Positions 19,478 through 29,254 of a stretch of DNA of 64,000 nt are shown piece after piece; positions within the stretch are counted from its first letter, which is position 1; each line of letters begins with the position of its first letter. The stretch covers positions 256,001 through 320,000 of the forward strand of contig OZ219865.1 in the NCBI GenBank assembly GCA_964291675.2, given 5' to 3'. The position numbers and the translations under genes were made by a program. The notes beneath the pieces are model-generated. The model ran no database searches. It was not told the origin of the DNA and saw only the letters and a program-made list of their open reading frames with translations. This DNA is from Alphaproteobacteria bacterium. GTDB lineage: Bacteria; Pseudomonadota; Alphaproteobacteria; MPNO01.

Positions 19478-20406
19478 GCCCTCCTGAAAGAAAATCGCCT
19501 CGACGAGCGGCCAATGACCTGACGGTCCTCCTTCGCACCGTCCTCGGCGAGGACCGGTTCCCCGTCGATGTCGAAGCTCTGGCGCGCGAGGTGTCGCGCA
19601 ATCACGAAGATCCGATTGCCACGATCCGCGGCGTCGACATCCCCGGCTTCGAAGGCATGCTGCGCGCAAGGAAAAGGAAACCCGGCTGGCACATCCTCTA
19701 CAGCACTCAGCCACGCTATCGTGGACGCGAGCGCTTCACGCTTGCGCACGAGTTCGGCCACTACATGCTGCACCGCCGCCGACTGACCGCTGGCGACTAC
19801 AGTAACGGCGAACTCGCCGAGAACCTGGATTTTCGATGCCTGCCCTTGCAGGCCGACCGATGGGACCCTGCTGAGAAGCAGCGGGAGGAGGAAGCGGACA
19901 CGTTTGCCTCCTATCTCCTCATGCCGATCGATGACTATCGGAACCAGGTCGATGGCCATGACATGACCCGTGACCTGCTCAGCCACATCACCGATCGCTA
20001 TGGCGTCTCGCTCTTGGCCGCCGTTCGAAAGTGGATCGAGTTCACCAGCTCGCGGGCCGCGATGGTCGTGGCGCGCGACGGCTTCGCTCTGTGGGGCCGT
20101 GCCAGCGCTTCGGCATACAGGACCGGTATCTTTGTTCCGTCCGGCATGGCGATTCCTGATGGATCTGTGGCAGCCACGCCCCCCGCTTCTCGAAACGAAG
20201 AATCCGATGATCCTGTCGTTCTTCCCGTCGGCGTCTGGACCTTCAGCCGTGGATCCGAGCTCACGCGGGAACTGACGATTTTCTCTGCGCGCCTCGACAT
20301 TTCCGTCTCCATCCTTCAGTTCGACGACGTTGCTGGCGACGTCGTTCTCGAAGAGGAAGCCGACTGGGACAGCTACGACCAGCTCACATCATGGGAGCAA
20401 CGATGA
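19474..20406 (+). CDS. capP: ImmA/IrrE metallopeptidase (CapP-like)
   Basis: RFTLAHEFGHY (HExxH) and EEEADTFASYLLMP. Confidence 0.85.
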   Translation: MSPPERKSPRRAANDLTVLLRTVLGEDRFPVDVEALAREVSRNHEDPIATIRGVDIPGFEGMLRARKRKPGWHILYSTQPRYRGRERFTLAHEFGHYMLHRRRLTAGDYSNGELAENLDFRCLPLQADRWDPAEKQREEEADTFASYLLMPIDDYRNQVDGHDMTRDLLSHITDRYGVSLLAAVRKWIEFTSSRAAMVVARDGFALWGRASASAYRTGIFVPSGMAIPDGSVAATPPASRNEESDDPVVLPVGVWTFSRGSELTRELTIFSARLDISVSILQFDDVAGDVVLEEEADWDSYDQLTSWEQR

Positions 20407-20821
20407 TCGGCCCGTCGCCTGCAATGGACCCCATTGGCAAGCTCCTGAAGAAAGCGAGGCAAGCTCCAATCGACTATCACCGCCTGGCCGGAAAACCACT
20501 TGGCATTGTCGGTCCCGCGCGTTGCCCGAGCGCTCACCAAGGACTCGGCACGAAATTGGTCATCGGCCGACAGTCGTATCCTCCACAAGTCTCGGTATTG
20601 AAAAAATCTGCATTCGGTTTGATGACTGATTCCGGAATGAGGCTCCCACGCCATCGGACTAAGGGAATATTTTCTAATGATTTTCAATAGTTATGGGATT
20701 CCACCTCGGATTTCTCCGAACTTGATCCGGGGACCAGCCATGACGGGGTGGGATGGTAAGCAGGGAGTTCTCCGCTCTGCCTCCCATGGGTGAGCTCCGG
20801 TCGATATGAGGAGAGGGCGCG

Positions 20822-20895
20822 GCCGGGAATATGGTTTAAGCCTAAAACAAATTGCGCCCTGCCGGGAATTGGTTTAAGCATAAAACAATTTCGCG
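20822..20895 (+). promoter_or_regulatory. Duplicated AT-rich operator upstream of the aromatic-CoA monooxygenase
   Basis: GCCGGGAAT(A)TGGTTTAAGC(C/A)TAAAACAA repeated twice; the core is a quasi-palindrome. Confidence 0.6.
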
Positions 20896-20920
20896 TCAGG
20901 CCGGATCGGAGGACGGGACG

Positions 20921-23341
20921 ATGAAGATCGAGGTGATTGGCGGCGGCCCGGCCGGGCTCTACTTCGCGCTGCTGATGAAGGCGCGCGATCCGGGCCACGA
21001 GATCACGATCTACGAGCAGAACCGGCACGACGACACGTTCGGCTTCGGCGTGGTGTTCTCGGCCGAGACCCTCGGTCACTTCCGCGACTACGACGCCGCG
21101 AGCTATGACGCGATCCGCGCCGGGTTCGCCTATTGGGACGACATCGACATCTTCTACCGCGGCCGCAAGATCACCTCGGGCGGGCACGGGTTCTGCGGCA
21201 TGTCGCGCAAGGCGCTGCTGCTGCTGCTCCAAGAGCGCTGCCGCGAGCTCGGGATCGCGATGGAGTTCGAGCGCGAGATCCGCTCGCTCGACGAGCTCCC
21301 CGAGGCCGACCTCGTGATCGCCTGCAACGGCATCAACTCCTGGGTGCGCGAGGATTATGCCGACCATTTCCGCCCGAGCTACGACTGGCGGCCCAACAAG
21401 TTCGTCTGGCTCGGCAGCACCAGGCCGCTGCCCGCCTTCACCTTCGACTTCCGCGAGAACGACGCCGGCATCTGGAACCTGCACGCCTACCAGTACGACG
21501 CGGGGATGAGCACCTGGATCGTCGAGACCACGGCCGAGACCTTCGCCCGCGCCGGGCTGGAGGACGAGGACGAGGCGGGCACCGTCGCCTATGTGGCGGC
21601 GCTCTACGAGGATCTGCTCGACGGCCACCCGGCGATCACCAACCGTTCGTTCTGGCGCAACTTCCCGACCATCCGCTGCGAGACCTGGGTGCGCGACAAT
21701 CTGGTGATCATGGGCGATGCCGCGCATACCGCGCATTTCTCCATCGGCTCGGGCACCAAGCTCGCCATGGAGGACGCGATCGCGCTCTACGAGGAGTTCG
21801 GCGTCCATGACGACGTGGGGGAAGCGCTTGCCGCCTACGACGTCAACCGGCGCGACGAGGTCGGCCGGCTGCAGCACGCGGCCGACGTGTCGCTCGCCTG
21901 GTTCGAGCAGGTCGGGCGCTACTGGGGGATGCAGCCGAGCCAGTTCGCATTCAGCCTGCTGTCGCGCTCGAAGGCGATCACCTACGACAATTTGCGCACC
22001 CGGGACGCCGGGTTCATCGCCGCCATCGACCGCGATTTCGCCGCCGGGGTGGCCGCGCGGGAGGGCATTCCCGAGATCGCAGACGCCGCGCCGCCGCCGA
22101 TGTTCACCCCCTTCACGATCGGCGCCATGCGGCTGGAGAACCGGGTCGCCGTCGCCCCGATGTGCCAGTACTGCGCGGATGACGGGGTGCCGGGGGACTG
22201 GCACTACGTCCACCTCACCAGCCGGGCGCTGGGCGGGGCGGGGCTGGTCTATACCGAGATGAGCTGCATCGCCCCCGACGCGCGCATTACGCCCGGCTGC
22301 GCCGGCATCTGGAACGACGCGCAGGAGGCGGCGTGGCAGCGCATCGCCGAGTTCGTCCACCGATACACGCCGGCGAAGCTCTGCATGCAGATCGGCCATG
22401 CCGGGCGCAAGGGCGCGACCAGGCTCGCCTGGGAAGGCATCGACCAGCCGCTGGAAGACGGCGCGTGGGAGATAATCGCCCCGTCGCCGCTGCCCTATTT
22501 GCCCCATTCCGCGGTGCCGCGCGAGATGGACCGCGCCGACATGGACCGGGTGAAGGCGGAGTTCGTCGCGGCCTTCGAACGGGCGGCACGCGCGGGTTAC
22601 GACATGGCGGAGCTGCACTGCGCGCATGGCTACCTGCTGGGCGGCTTCCTGTCGCCCGCCACCAACAGGCGGACCGACGAGTACGGCGGCAGCCTGGAGA
22701 ACCGGCTGCGCTACCCGCTGGAGGTGTTCGATGCGGTCAGGGCGGCCTGGCCCGCCGGCCGGCCGATCTCGATCCGCATCTCGGCGCATGACTGGGTGCC
22801 GGGCGGCAACGAGGGGGACGACGCGGTGGCGATCTCCAGGGCCTTCGCCGCGCGCGGGGTCGACCTCATCAACGTCTCGACCGGCCAGACCGCATCGGAG
22901 GAGAAGCCGGTCTACGGCCGCATGTTCCAGACCCCGTTCTCCGAGCAGGTCCGCATCGAGGCCGGCGTGCCGACGCTGGTCGCCGGCAACATCTTTACCT
23001 GGGACCAGGTCAACACCATCGTCGCCGCCGGGCGCGCCGACCTGGTAGCGCTCGCGCGCACCCATCTCTACAACCCCAACTTCACCCAGCAGGCGGCGGC
23101 CCATTACGGCTGGGACCCGGTGCCCTGGCCGGACCAGTACCTGTCCGCCAAGTTCGCCGCCTTCCGCCAGTTCGCGCGCGACCGCCAGGCGGTCGAGGAG
23201 CTGCGCGAGGCGGCCCGCCCGGCCGAGCACGCCGCCCGGCGCCAGTTCCGCCGCGACGCCGGCGCCGAGGAGTGGGAGACCAAGGGCGCGGCCGTCGGCG
23301 CGGCCGCGGCGAGCAGGGAGGCGGCGGCGGGCGGCGGGTGA
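20921..23341 (+). CDS. Bifunctional salicylyl-CoA 5-hydroxylase / 2-aminobenzoyl-CoA monooxygenase-reductase
   Basis: GGGPAGLYF...DTFGFGVVFS, GDAAHTAHFSIGSGTKLAMED, and a C-terminal OYE domain (HCAHGYLL..FLSP). Confidence 0.92.
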   Translation: MKIEVIGGGPAGLYFALLMKARDPGHEITIYEQNRHDDTFGFGVVFSAETLGHFRDYDAASYDAIRAGFAYWDDIDIFYRGRKITSGGHGFCGMSRKALLLLLQERCRELGIAMEFEREIRSLDELPEADLVIACNGINSWVREDYADHFRPSYDWRPNKFVWLGSTRPLPAFTFDFRENDAGIWNLHAYQYDAGMSTWIVETTAETFARAGLEDEDEAGTVAYVAALYEDLLDGHPAITNRSFWRNFPTIRCETWVRDNLVIMGDAAHTAHFSIGSGTKLAMEDAIALYEEFGVHDDVGEALAAYDVNRRDEVGRLQHAADVSLAWFEQVGRYWGMQPSQFAFSLLSRSKAITYDNLRTRDAGFIAAIDRDFAAGVAAREGIPEIADAAPPPMFTPFTIGAMRLENRVAVAPMCQYCADDGVPGDWHYVHLTSRALGGAGLVYTEMSCIAPDARITPGCAGIWNDAQEAAWQRIAEFVHRYTPAKLCMQIGHAGRKGATRLAWEGIDQPLEDGAWEIIAPSPLPYLPHSAVPREMDRADMDRVKAEFVAAFERAARAGYDMAELHCAHGYLLGGFLSPATNRRTDEYGGSLENRLRYPLEVFDAVRAAWPAGRPISIRISAHDWVPGGNEGDDAVAISRAFAARGVDLINVSTGQTASEEKPVYGRMFQTPFSEQVRIEAGVPTLVAGNIFTWDQVNTIVAAGRADLVALARTHLYNPNFTQQAAAHYGWDPVPWPDQYLSAKFAAFRQFARDRQAVEELREAARPAEHAARRQFRRDAGAEEWETKGAAVGAAAASREAAAGGG

Positions 23342-23354
23342 GCTTTCTCGAGAA

Positions 23355-23517
23355 GCGCAGCCGACTGGCGAGGCGTCGCGCGCTCGGCGATCTCGCGCCC
23401 CGCGTCGACCTTCGCCCGGCGAAGCTCCCACGTCTTCTACAGGTTCAGCCAGAGCTGCGGCGTCGTCCCGAATTACCGCGCCAGCCTCAGCGCCGTGTCC
23501 GCGCTGACGCCGCGCTT
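23355..23517 (-). pseudogene. higA: HigA antitoxin remnant
   Basis: KRGVSADTALRLAR*FGTTPQLWLNL*KTWEL, with two in-frame stops and no N-terminus. Confidence 0.75.
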
Positions 23518-23576
23518 GGTGGCGGTCCTGCGCCGTGCTATGCAAAATGGACGGGGAACGACCGGGAGACGGGGGG

Positions 23577-24791
23577 ATGGCCGCGGTCACCGACGAGGCG
23601 CTGGGCGAGGACGCCCCGGGCGCCGTCGCCGAGCTCAGGCGGCGCGCCGAGGATGCCGCGGAGGACTTCAGGACCCGGGTCGCCGACGCCGAGCGGGATC
23701 GCCGCGTTCCGGCCGAGAACATGGCCCGCATCCGCGACTCGGGGCTGCTCCGGGTCATCCAGGCGCGCAGCTGCGGCGGCCACGAGCTGTCGATGCGCGC
23801 CCATCTCGACGTGATCTCGGCGATCGGCGAGGGGTGTTCGTCGACCGCCTGGGTGCTCGGCGTCATGCACGCCCATAGCTGGATGATGGCCCATTTCCCG
23901 GGCGCGGCGCGGGACGACGTCTACGCCGCCGATCCCGACACCATGATCTCCGCGGTGATCGGGCCGCGCGGCAAGGCGGTGCTGAACGGCGACGGGTCGG
24001 CGACGCTGAGCGGGTTCTGGCCGTTCGGCTCGGGCTGCGAGCACGCCGCCTGGCTGCTGCTCGGCGCCGGGCTGTACGACGCGGCGGGCGAGATGGTCGA
24101 CGAGGCGGATTTCCTGGTGCGGACGAGCGACGTCGACATCCAGGACGACTGGTTCGTCGCCGGGCTGTCGGGCACCGGGAGCTGCTCGATCAAGGTGGAC
24201 GGGCTCACCGTGCCGGCGCACCGGCGGCTCTCGATCCCGGCCCTGATCGAGGGCAGGACGCCCGGCATGGCGGAGGGCTATGACGGCTGGCTGCACAAGG
24301 CCGAGGCGGTCCCGGTTCTCGCGCTCTGCCTGTGCGGCGGCGCGCTCGGGCTCGGCCGGGCGGCGCTCGCCGAGTTCCGCCGCACGGTCCAGGCCAAGCC
24401 GGTCGCCTACACGCCGCACATCCACTCCGAATGGTCGGCCACCCATATCAAGCTCGGCGAGGCGGCCTCGCTGATCGACGCGGCGCATCTCATGCTCTAC
24501 CGGGTGGCCGACGACATCGATTCCCACGCCCGGTCGGAGACGCCGATGTCGATGGAGATGCGCGCCCGCATCCGCATGGACTGCTCGCAGGGGGTGCGGT
24601 TCGCGCTCGACGGCGCGGAGAAGCTGTTCCTGATGGCCGGCGGCTCCAGCCTCGCGCTCAGGAGCCCGCTGCAACGGGCCTCGCGCGACCTGCACGCGAT
24701 CAACATGCACGGGCTGCTGCTGCCCGAGGCGAGCGCCGAGCTGTACGGAAGGGTGCTGCTCGGGCTGGAGCCGAATACACCCATTATCTAA
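23577..24791 (+). CDS. Acyl-CoA dehydrogenase-like flavin monooxygenase (HsaA/IacA type)
   Basis: GCSSTAW, SGFWPFGSGCEHA.W, DDWFVAGL.GTGS, LQRA.RDL. Confidence 0.85.
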   Translation: MAAVTDEALGEDAPGAVAELRRRAEDAAEDFRTRVADAERDRRVPAENMARIRDSGLLRVIQARSCGGHELSMRAHLDVISAIGEGCSSTAWVLGVMHAHSWMMAHFPGAARDDVYAADPDTMISAVIGPRGKAVLNGDGSATLSGFWPFGSGCEHAAWLLLGAGLYDAAGEMVDEADFLVRTSDVDIQDDWFVAGLSGTGSCSIKVDGLTVPAHRRLSIPALIEGRTPGMAEGYDGWLHKAEAVPVLALCLCGGALGLGRAALAEFRRTVQAKPVAYTPHIHSEWSATHIKLGEAASLIDAAHLMLYRVADDIDSHARSETPMSMEMRARIRMDCSQGVRFALDGAEKLFLMAGGSSLALRSPLQRASRDLHAINMHGLLLPEASAELYGRVLLGLEPNTPII

Positions 24792-24847
24792 GAAAACTCA
24801 ATCGCTTGCATTCCTATTCTCGCAACGAACGTCAAGGGGAGGACACG

Positions 24848-26155
24848 ATGACCACGAGCAGGAAGGGAACCGTATCGCGCAGGCGCGCCCTCAAATACGG
24901 CGGCGGCGTGCTCGCCGCGGCCGCGGCGTCGGGCTTCCCGGCGCCCGCCATCCATGCCGCGAGGACGGTGAAGATCGGCTTCGTCAGCCCGCAATCGGGG
25001 CCGCTCGCGGCCTTCGGCGAGGCCGACCGGTTCGTGCTCGCCGACGCGCGCGCGGCGATCGGCGACGGGATCACGATCGGCAAGAAGAAGTACCCGGTCG
25101 AGATCATCTCGCGCGATTCGCAGTCCAACCCCAACCGCGCCGCCGAGGTCGCCGCCGAGCTGATCCTCAAGCACGAGGTCAATCTGATGATCGGCTCGTC
25201 GAGCGGCACCACGGTCAACCCGGTCTCCGACCAGGCCGAGGCCAACGAGGTGCCCTGCGTGACCGCCGACACGCCCTGGCAGATCGTCTATTTCGGCCGC
25301 GGCGCCACGCCCGACAAGCCCTTCAAGTGGACCTACCACTTCTTCTGGGGCTTCGAGGACATGTTCAGCATCTTCATGGACATGTGGGATGCGCTCGGCA
25401 CCAACAAGAAGATCGGCAGCCTGATCGAGAACAGCGAGGACGGGGTCAACGGGGGCGACCCCAAGCGCGGTTTCCGGCCGCCGATGGAAGCCCGCGGGTT
25501 CGAGTACAACCAGCCGCCGCTGTTCACCATGGGAAGCCCCGACTTCACCGCCCAGATCGCGGCGTTCAAGAAGGAAGGCGTGGAGATCCTGACCGGCATC
25601 GCGACACCGCCCGACTTCACGACCTTCTGGACCCAGGCGGCGCAGCAGGGCCTGATCAAGCAGCTCAAGGCGGGAACCATGGCCAAGGCGCTGCTGTTCC
25701 CGCCGGCGGTCGCGGCGCTCGGCGACCGCGGCCACGGGCTGACCACGGAGGTGTGGTGGTCGTCCTCGCACCCGTTCAAGTCGAACCTGACCGGCAAGTC
25801 GTCGCGCGAGTTCGCCGATGCCTACACCGCCAAGACCAAGCGGCAATGGACCCAGCCCCTCGGCTTCAAGCACGCCAATATCGAGGTGGCGATCGACGTC
25901 CTGAAGCGCTGCGGCGATCCCGGCGACCCGAATGCGATTCTGAACGCGATCGAGAACACCGACTACGAGTCGATCGTCGGGCCGGTCTCGTGGAAGTTCG
26001 GCGACGCCCGCAACCCGGTCAAGAACGCCTGCCGCACGCCGCTGGTCGGCGGCCAGTGGAAGCGCGGCAAGACGTTCAAGTACGAACTCGACCTGGTGCA
26101 CAACGCGCGGGCGCCGGAGATCCCGTTGACCGGCAAGCTCGAACCGCTGAGCTAG
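24848..26155 (+). CDS. Branched-chain-type ABC substrate-binding protein with Tat signal
   Basis: SRRRALK Tat motif; KIGFVSPQSGPLAAFGE. Confidence 0.88.
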   Translation: MTTSRKGTVSRRRALKYGGGVLAAAAASGFPAPAIHAARTVKIGFVSPQSGPLAAFGEADRFVLADARAAIGDGITIGKKKYPVEIISRDSQSNPNRAAEVAAELILKHEVNLMIGSSSGTTVNPVSDQAEANEVPCVTADTPWQIVYFGRGATPDKPFKWTYHFFWGFEDMFSIFMDMWDALGTNKKIGSLIENSEDGVNGGDPKRGFRPPMEARGFEYNQPPLFTMGSPDFTAQIAAFKKEGVEILTGIATPPDFTTFWTQAAQQGLIKQLKAGTMAKALLFPPAVAALGDRGHGLTTEVWWSSSHPFKSNLTGKSSREFADAYTAKTKRQWTQPLGFKHANIEVAIDVLKRCGDPGDPNAILNAIENTDYESIVGPVSWKFGDARNPVKNACRTPLVGGQWKRGKTFKYELDLVHNARAPEIPLTGKLEPLS

Positions 26156-26175
26156 GCGGGCTGCAAGGCGGTTGC

Positions 26176-26286
26176 CCGTCCTTCGATACGCCCCCTTCGG
26201 GGGCTGCCCAGGATGAGGGGAGGCCGGTGCGGCTCAAGCGAATGTCCTCATCCCGAGTAGGCCCGAAGGGCCGTATCGAGGGACGC
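26176..26286. repeat. Palindromic REP-like intergenic element
   Basis: CGTCCTTCGATACG...GGATGAGG / CCTCATCC...CGTATCGAGGGACG; partial copy near 54858. Confidence 0.7.
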
Positions 26287-26294
26287 CCCGCCCG

Positions 26295-27020
26295 ATGAGC
26301 GCGATCCTCTCCGTCGAGAACCTGTCCAGGAGCTTCGGATCGCTCCTGGTGGTCGATTCGTTCGACATGGCGCTCGCCGAGGGCGAGGGGCTCGGCATCA
26401 TCGGCCCCAACGGGGCGGGCAAGAGCACGCTGTTCAACCTGATCACCGGCAGCCTGCCGCCGGACGGCGGCAGGATCCTGTTCGCCGGCGAGGACATCAC
26501 CCGCCTGCCGGCCCATCTCCGCTGCCGCGCCGGCATCGGGCGCTCCTACCAGATCCCGCACCCGTTCGGCGGGATGACGGTGTTCGAGAACCTGCTGGTC
26601 GGCGGCGCGTTCGGCGCCGGGCAGTCGGAGGCCGCGTCATACGGCCACTGCGTCGAGGTGCTGGAACGCACCGGGCTCGCGGCCAAGGCGAACGCTCTGG
26701 CCGGCTCGCTCACCTTGCTGGAGCGCAAGCGGCTCGAGCTCGCCCGGGCGCTGGCCACCCGCCCGCGCGTCCTGCTGCTCGACGAGATCGCCGGCGGGCT
26801 GACCGAGCACGAGATCCGGGAGCTCGTCGCCACCATCGGCGAGATCCGCAGCCAGGGCGTCTCCATCGTCTGGGTCGAGCACATCGTGCATGCGCTGATG
26901 TCGGTGGTCGACCGGCTGGTGGTGATCGATTTCGGCCGCAAGCTGGACGAGGGCGACCCGCAGGCGGTGATCGACAACCCCGTGGTGCGCGAGGTCTATC
27001 TCGGGATCGCCGTCGAATGA
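26295..27020 (+). CDS. ABC ATP-binding protein (LivG-like)
   Basis: GPNGAGKS, LLLDE. Confidence 0.92.
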   Translation: MSAILSVENLSRSFGSLLVVDSFDMALAEGEGLGIIGPNGAGKSTLFNLITGSLPPDGGRILFAGEDITRLPAHLRCRAGIGRSYQIPHPFGGMTVFENLLVGGAFGAGQSEAASYGHCVEVLERTGLAAKANALAGSLTLLERKRLELARALATRPRVLLLDEIAGGLTEHEIRELVATIGEIRSQGVSIVWVEHIVHALMSVVDRLVVIDFGRKLDEGDPQAVIDNPVVREVYLGIAVE

Positions 27021-27715
27021 GCCTGCTGGCAATCCGCAACCTCGATGCGTTCTACGGCGATTTCCAGGCGCTGTTCGGCCTCGATTTCGACCTCGACGAG
27101 CACGAGACCGTGGCCGCGATCGGCGCCAACGGCGCCGGCAAGACGACGCTCCTGCGGGCGATCACCGGCATGGTCGAGGCGACCAGCGAGGCGCTCGACT
27201 ATCGCGGCGAGAGCATCCAGTCTCGCGAGGCCGCCGATATCGTGGCGCTGGGGATCGCCATGGTGCCCGAGGGGCGCCGGCTCTTCCCCAGCCTGAGCGT
27301 CGAGGAGAACCTGATCATCGGCGGCCATTCGGGCCGGCCGGGAAGCTGGTCGCTGGAGCGCGTCTACGAGCTGTTCCCGGCATTGCGCAACCGGCGCTCG
27401 GTTCCCGGAACCGCGCTCAGCGGCGGCGAGCAGCAGATGACTGCGATCGGCCGGGCGCTGATGTCCAACCCCGAGCTGATCCTGTTCGACGAGCTCTCGC
27501 TCGGCCTCGCCCCCGTGGTGGTCGGCGAGATCTACGAGGTCCTGCCCGCGATCAAGGCCGAGGGCACCGCCATGGTGGTGGTCGAGCAGGACATCAACCG
27601 CGCGCTCGAGGTGGCCGACCGGGTCTACTGCCTCCAGGAAGGCCGCCTCGCGCTGACCGGCGCGCCGGCGAGCCTGACACGCGACCGGATCGCGGCGGCC
27701 TATTTCGGGACCTGA
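27017..27715 (+). CDS. ABC ATP-binding protein (LivF-like)
   Basis: GANGAGKT, LSGGEQQM. Confidence 0.92.
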   Translation: MSLLAIRNLDAFYGDFQALFGLDFDLDEHETVAAIGANGAGKTTLLRAITGMVEATSEALDYRGESIQSREAADIVALGIAMVPEGRRLFPSLSVEENLIIGGHSGRPGSWSLERVYELFPALRNRRSVPGTALSGGEQQMTAIGRALMSNPELILFDELSLGLAPVVVGEIYEVLPAIKAEGTAMVVVEQDINRALEVADRVYCLQEGRLALTGAPASLTRDRIAAAYFGT

Positions 27716-27767
27716 CAGTCACTCCCGGTAGAATGACATCCAGGACGATTCTCCTTATACTTGCCGA

Positions 27768-28061
27768 ATGAGCGCCGAGATCGTCACCATGCTGGGCGGC
27801 TTCGCCACGCTGTTCGCCGCCGGCGGCACGTTCGCGATGTTCATGTTCCGGCTGTTCGTGCGGCTGGAGGGCAGGGTGGATGCCCTGGCCGCCGACGTCG
27901 CCGGTCTGCGTGGCGAGGTCGCCGATCTGCGCGGCGATCTGACCGCGCTGGCTCGCGAGGTCGCCGATCTGCGCGGCGATCTGACCGCACTGGCTCGCAA
28001 GGTCTCCGAGTTGCGCGGCGAATTCCGCGGCCGCTCCGGCACGCATCCGGCGGCGCAATGA
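27768..28061 (+). CDS. Small TM + coiled-coil protein with a 42-bp tandem repeat
   Basis: MSAEIVTMLG TM; EVADLRGDLTALAR x2. Confidence 0.65.
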   Translation: MSAEIVTMLGGFATLFAAGGTFAMFMFRLFVRLEGRVDALAADVAGLRGEVADLRGDLTALAREVADLRGDLTALARKVSELRGEFRGRSGTHPAAQ

Positions 28062-28276
28062 CGGTGAACGCCGAGATCGTCACCATGCTGGGTGTCGGCG
28101 TTGCGCTTGCATTGTTCATCTGGCGCGTATTCGCCTTGCTGGACAAACGGATGGACCGGCTGGAAGACAAGGTCGACGGTTTTGCCGAACGTCTGGCGCG
28201 GCTGGAAGGCGCCGTCGATCTGCTGACCAAATTCCTGATCGACCGGGAGCGCGGTCGACAGACCGCGGCGGAATGA
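28058..28276 (+). CDS. Small TM + coiled-coil protein, paralogue of the preceding ORF
   Basis: NAEIVTMLG TM; ERLARLEG; ATGA overlap with the upstream stop. Confidence 0.65.
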   Translation: MTVNAEIVTMLGVGVALALFIWRVFALLDKRMDRLEDKVDGFAERLARLEGAVDLLTKFLIDRERGRQTAAE

Positions 28277-28381
28277 CCGTGTGGCCGACGGCGGGCCCGC
28301 CACCGCCTGACATTCGTACCGACACATAGTCCCGGGAACGCGAAGCGCGCGCGGCCGGGCCTCCCTCGCTATGCTCTGCCC

Positions 28382-29254
28382 ATGATCGAGTGGATCAACA
28401 GCATCGTGCAGGGGGTGCTGACCGGCGGGCTCTATGCGCTGTTCGCCGCGGGGCTCGCCATCATCTTCGGGGTGATGCGGCTGGTGAACATCGCCCACGG
28501 CGACCTGATCGTGCTCGCCGCCTTCATCGCCATGGTGGTGATCGAGACCGCCGGGGTCGATCCCTTCGTCAGCATGATCGCCGTGCTGCCGTTCATGTTC
28601 TTCTTCGGCTACGTGCTGCAGCGCGCCGTCCTCAACTACACCCTCGGCGACGACCTCTTGCCGCCCTTGCTGGTGACCTTCGGCATCTCGATCGTCATCC
28701 AGAACCTGCTGCTGGAAATATTTTCCGCCGATTCGCAGCGCCTCAACGCCGGCGCCATCGAGACCGCCAGCATCAAGCTGGCCGAGGGCATCGAGATCGG
28801 CACCCTGCCGCTGATCGTCTTCGTCATCGCGGTGGCGCTGATCGCGGCGCTCCAGATCGGCTTCAGCCGCACCCGGCTCGGCCGGGCGTTCCGCGCCACC
28901 TCGGACGATCCCTCCACCGCGCGGCTGATGGGAATCAAGCAGAAGCACGTCTTCGGCCTCGCCATGGCGGTCTCGCTGGTGCTGGTGGCGATCGCCGGAA
29001 TCTTCATCGGCATCCGGACCAATTTCGATCCGGCGCTCGGGCCGTCGCGGCTGCTGTTCGCCTTCGAGGCGGTGATCATCGGCGGGCTCGGCTCGATGTG
29101 GGGCACGCTCGTCGGCGGCGTCATCCTCGGCGTGGCGCAGAATATCGGCGCCAAGATCGACCCCGGCTGGCAGATCCTCGCCGGCCATATCGCCTTCCTG
29201 GTTATCCTGGTGCTCAGGCCGAACGGCCTGTTCCCGAGGACCCGCGATGACTAG
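28382..29254 (+). CDS. ABC permease (LivH-like)
   Basis: GLAIIFGVMRLVNIAHG, IIGGLGS. Confidence 0.92.
   Translation: MIEWINSIVQGVLTGGLYALFAAGLAIIFGVMRLVNIAHGDLIVLAAFIAMVVIETAGVDPFVSMIAVLPFMFFFGYVLQRAVLNYTLGDDLLPPLLVTFGISIVIQNLLLEIFSADSQRLNAGAIETASIKLAEGIEIGTLPLIVFVIAVALIAALQIGFSRTRLGRAFRATSDDPSTARLMGIKQKHVFGLAMAVSLVLVAIAGIFIGIRTNFDPALGPSRLLFAFEAVIIGGLGSMWGTLVGGVILGVAQNIGAKIDPGWQILAGHIAFLVILVLRPNGLFPRTRDD

Noticed and set aside
20391-20690. 99-aa ORF after capP
   Set aside because: No recognisable motif; runs into the AT-rich boundary.
20620-20800. tRNA integration site
   Set aside because: No cloverleaf, T-loop GTTCGA or CCA end found.
20684-23866. 1060-aa antisense ORF and similar long shadow ORFs (e.g. 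58013-61042, 4430-6376)
   Set aside because: Antisense or off-frame to well-supported genes; expected at high GC.
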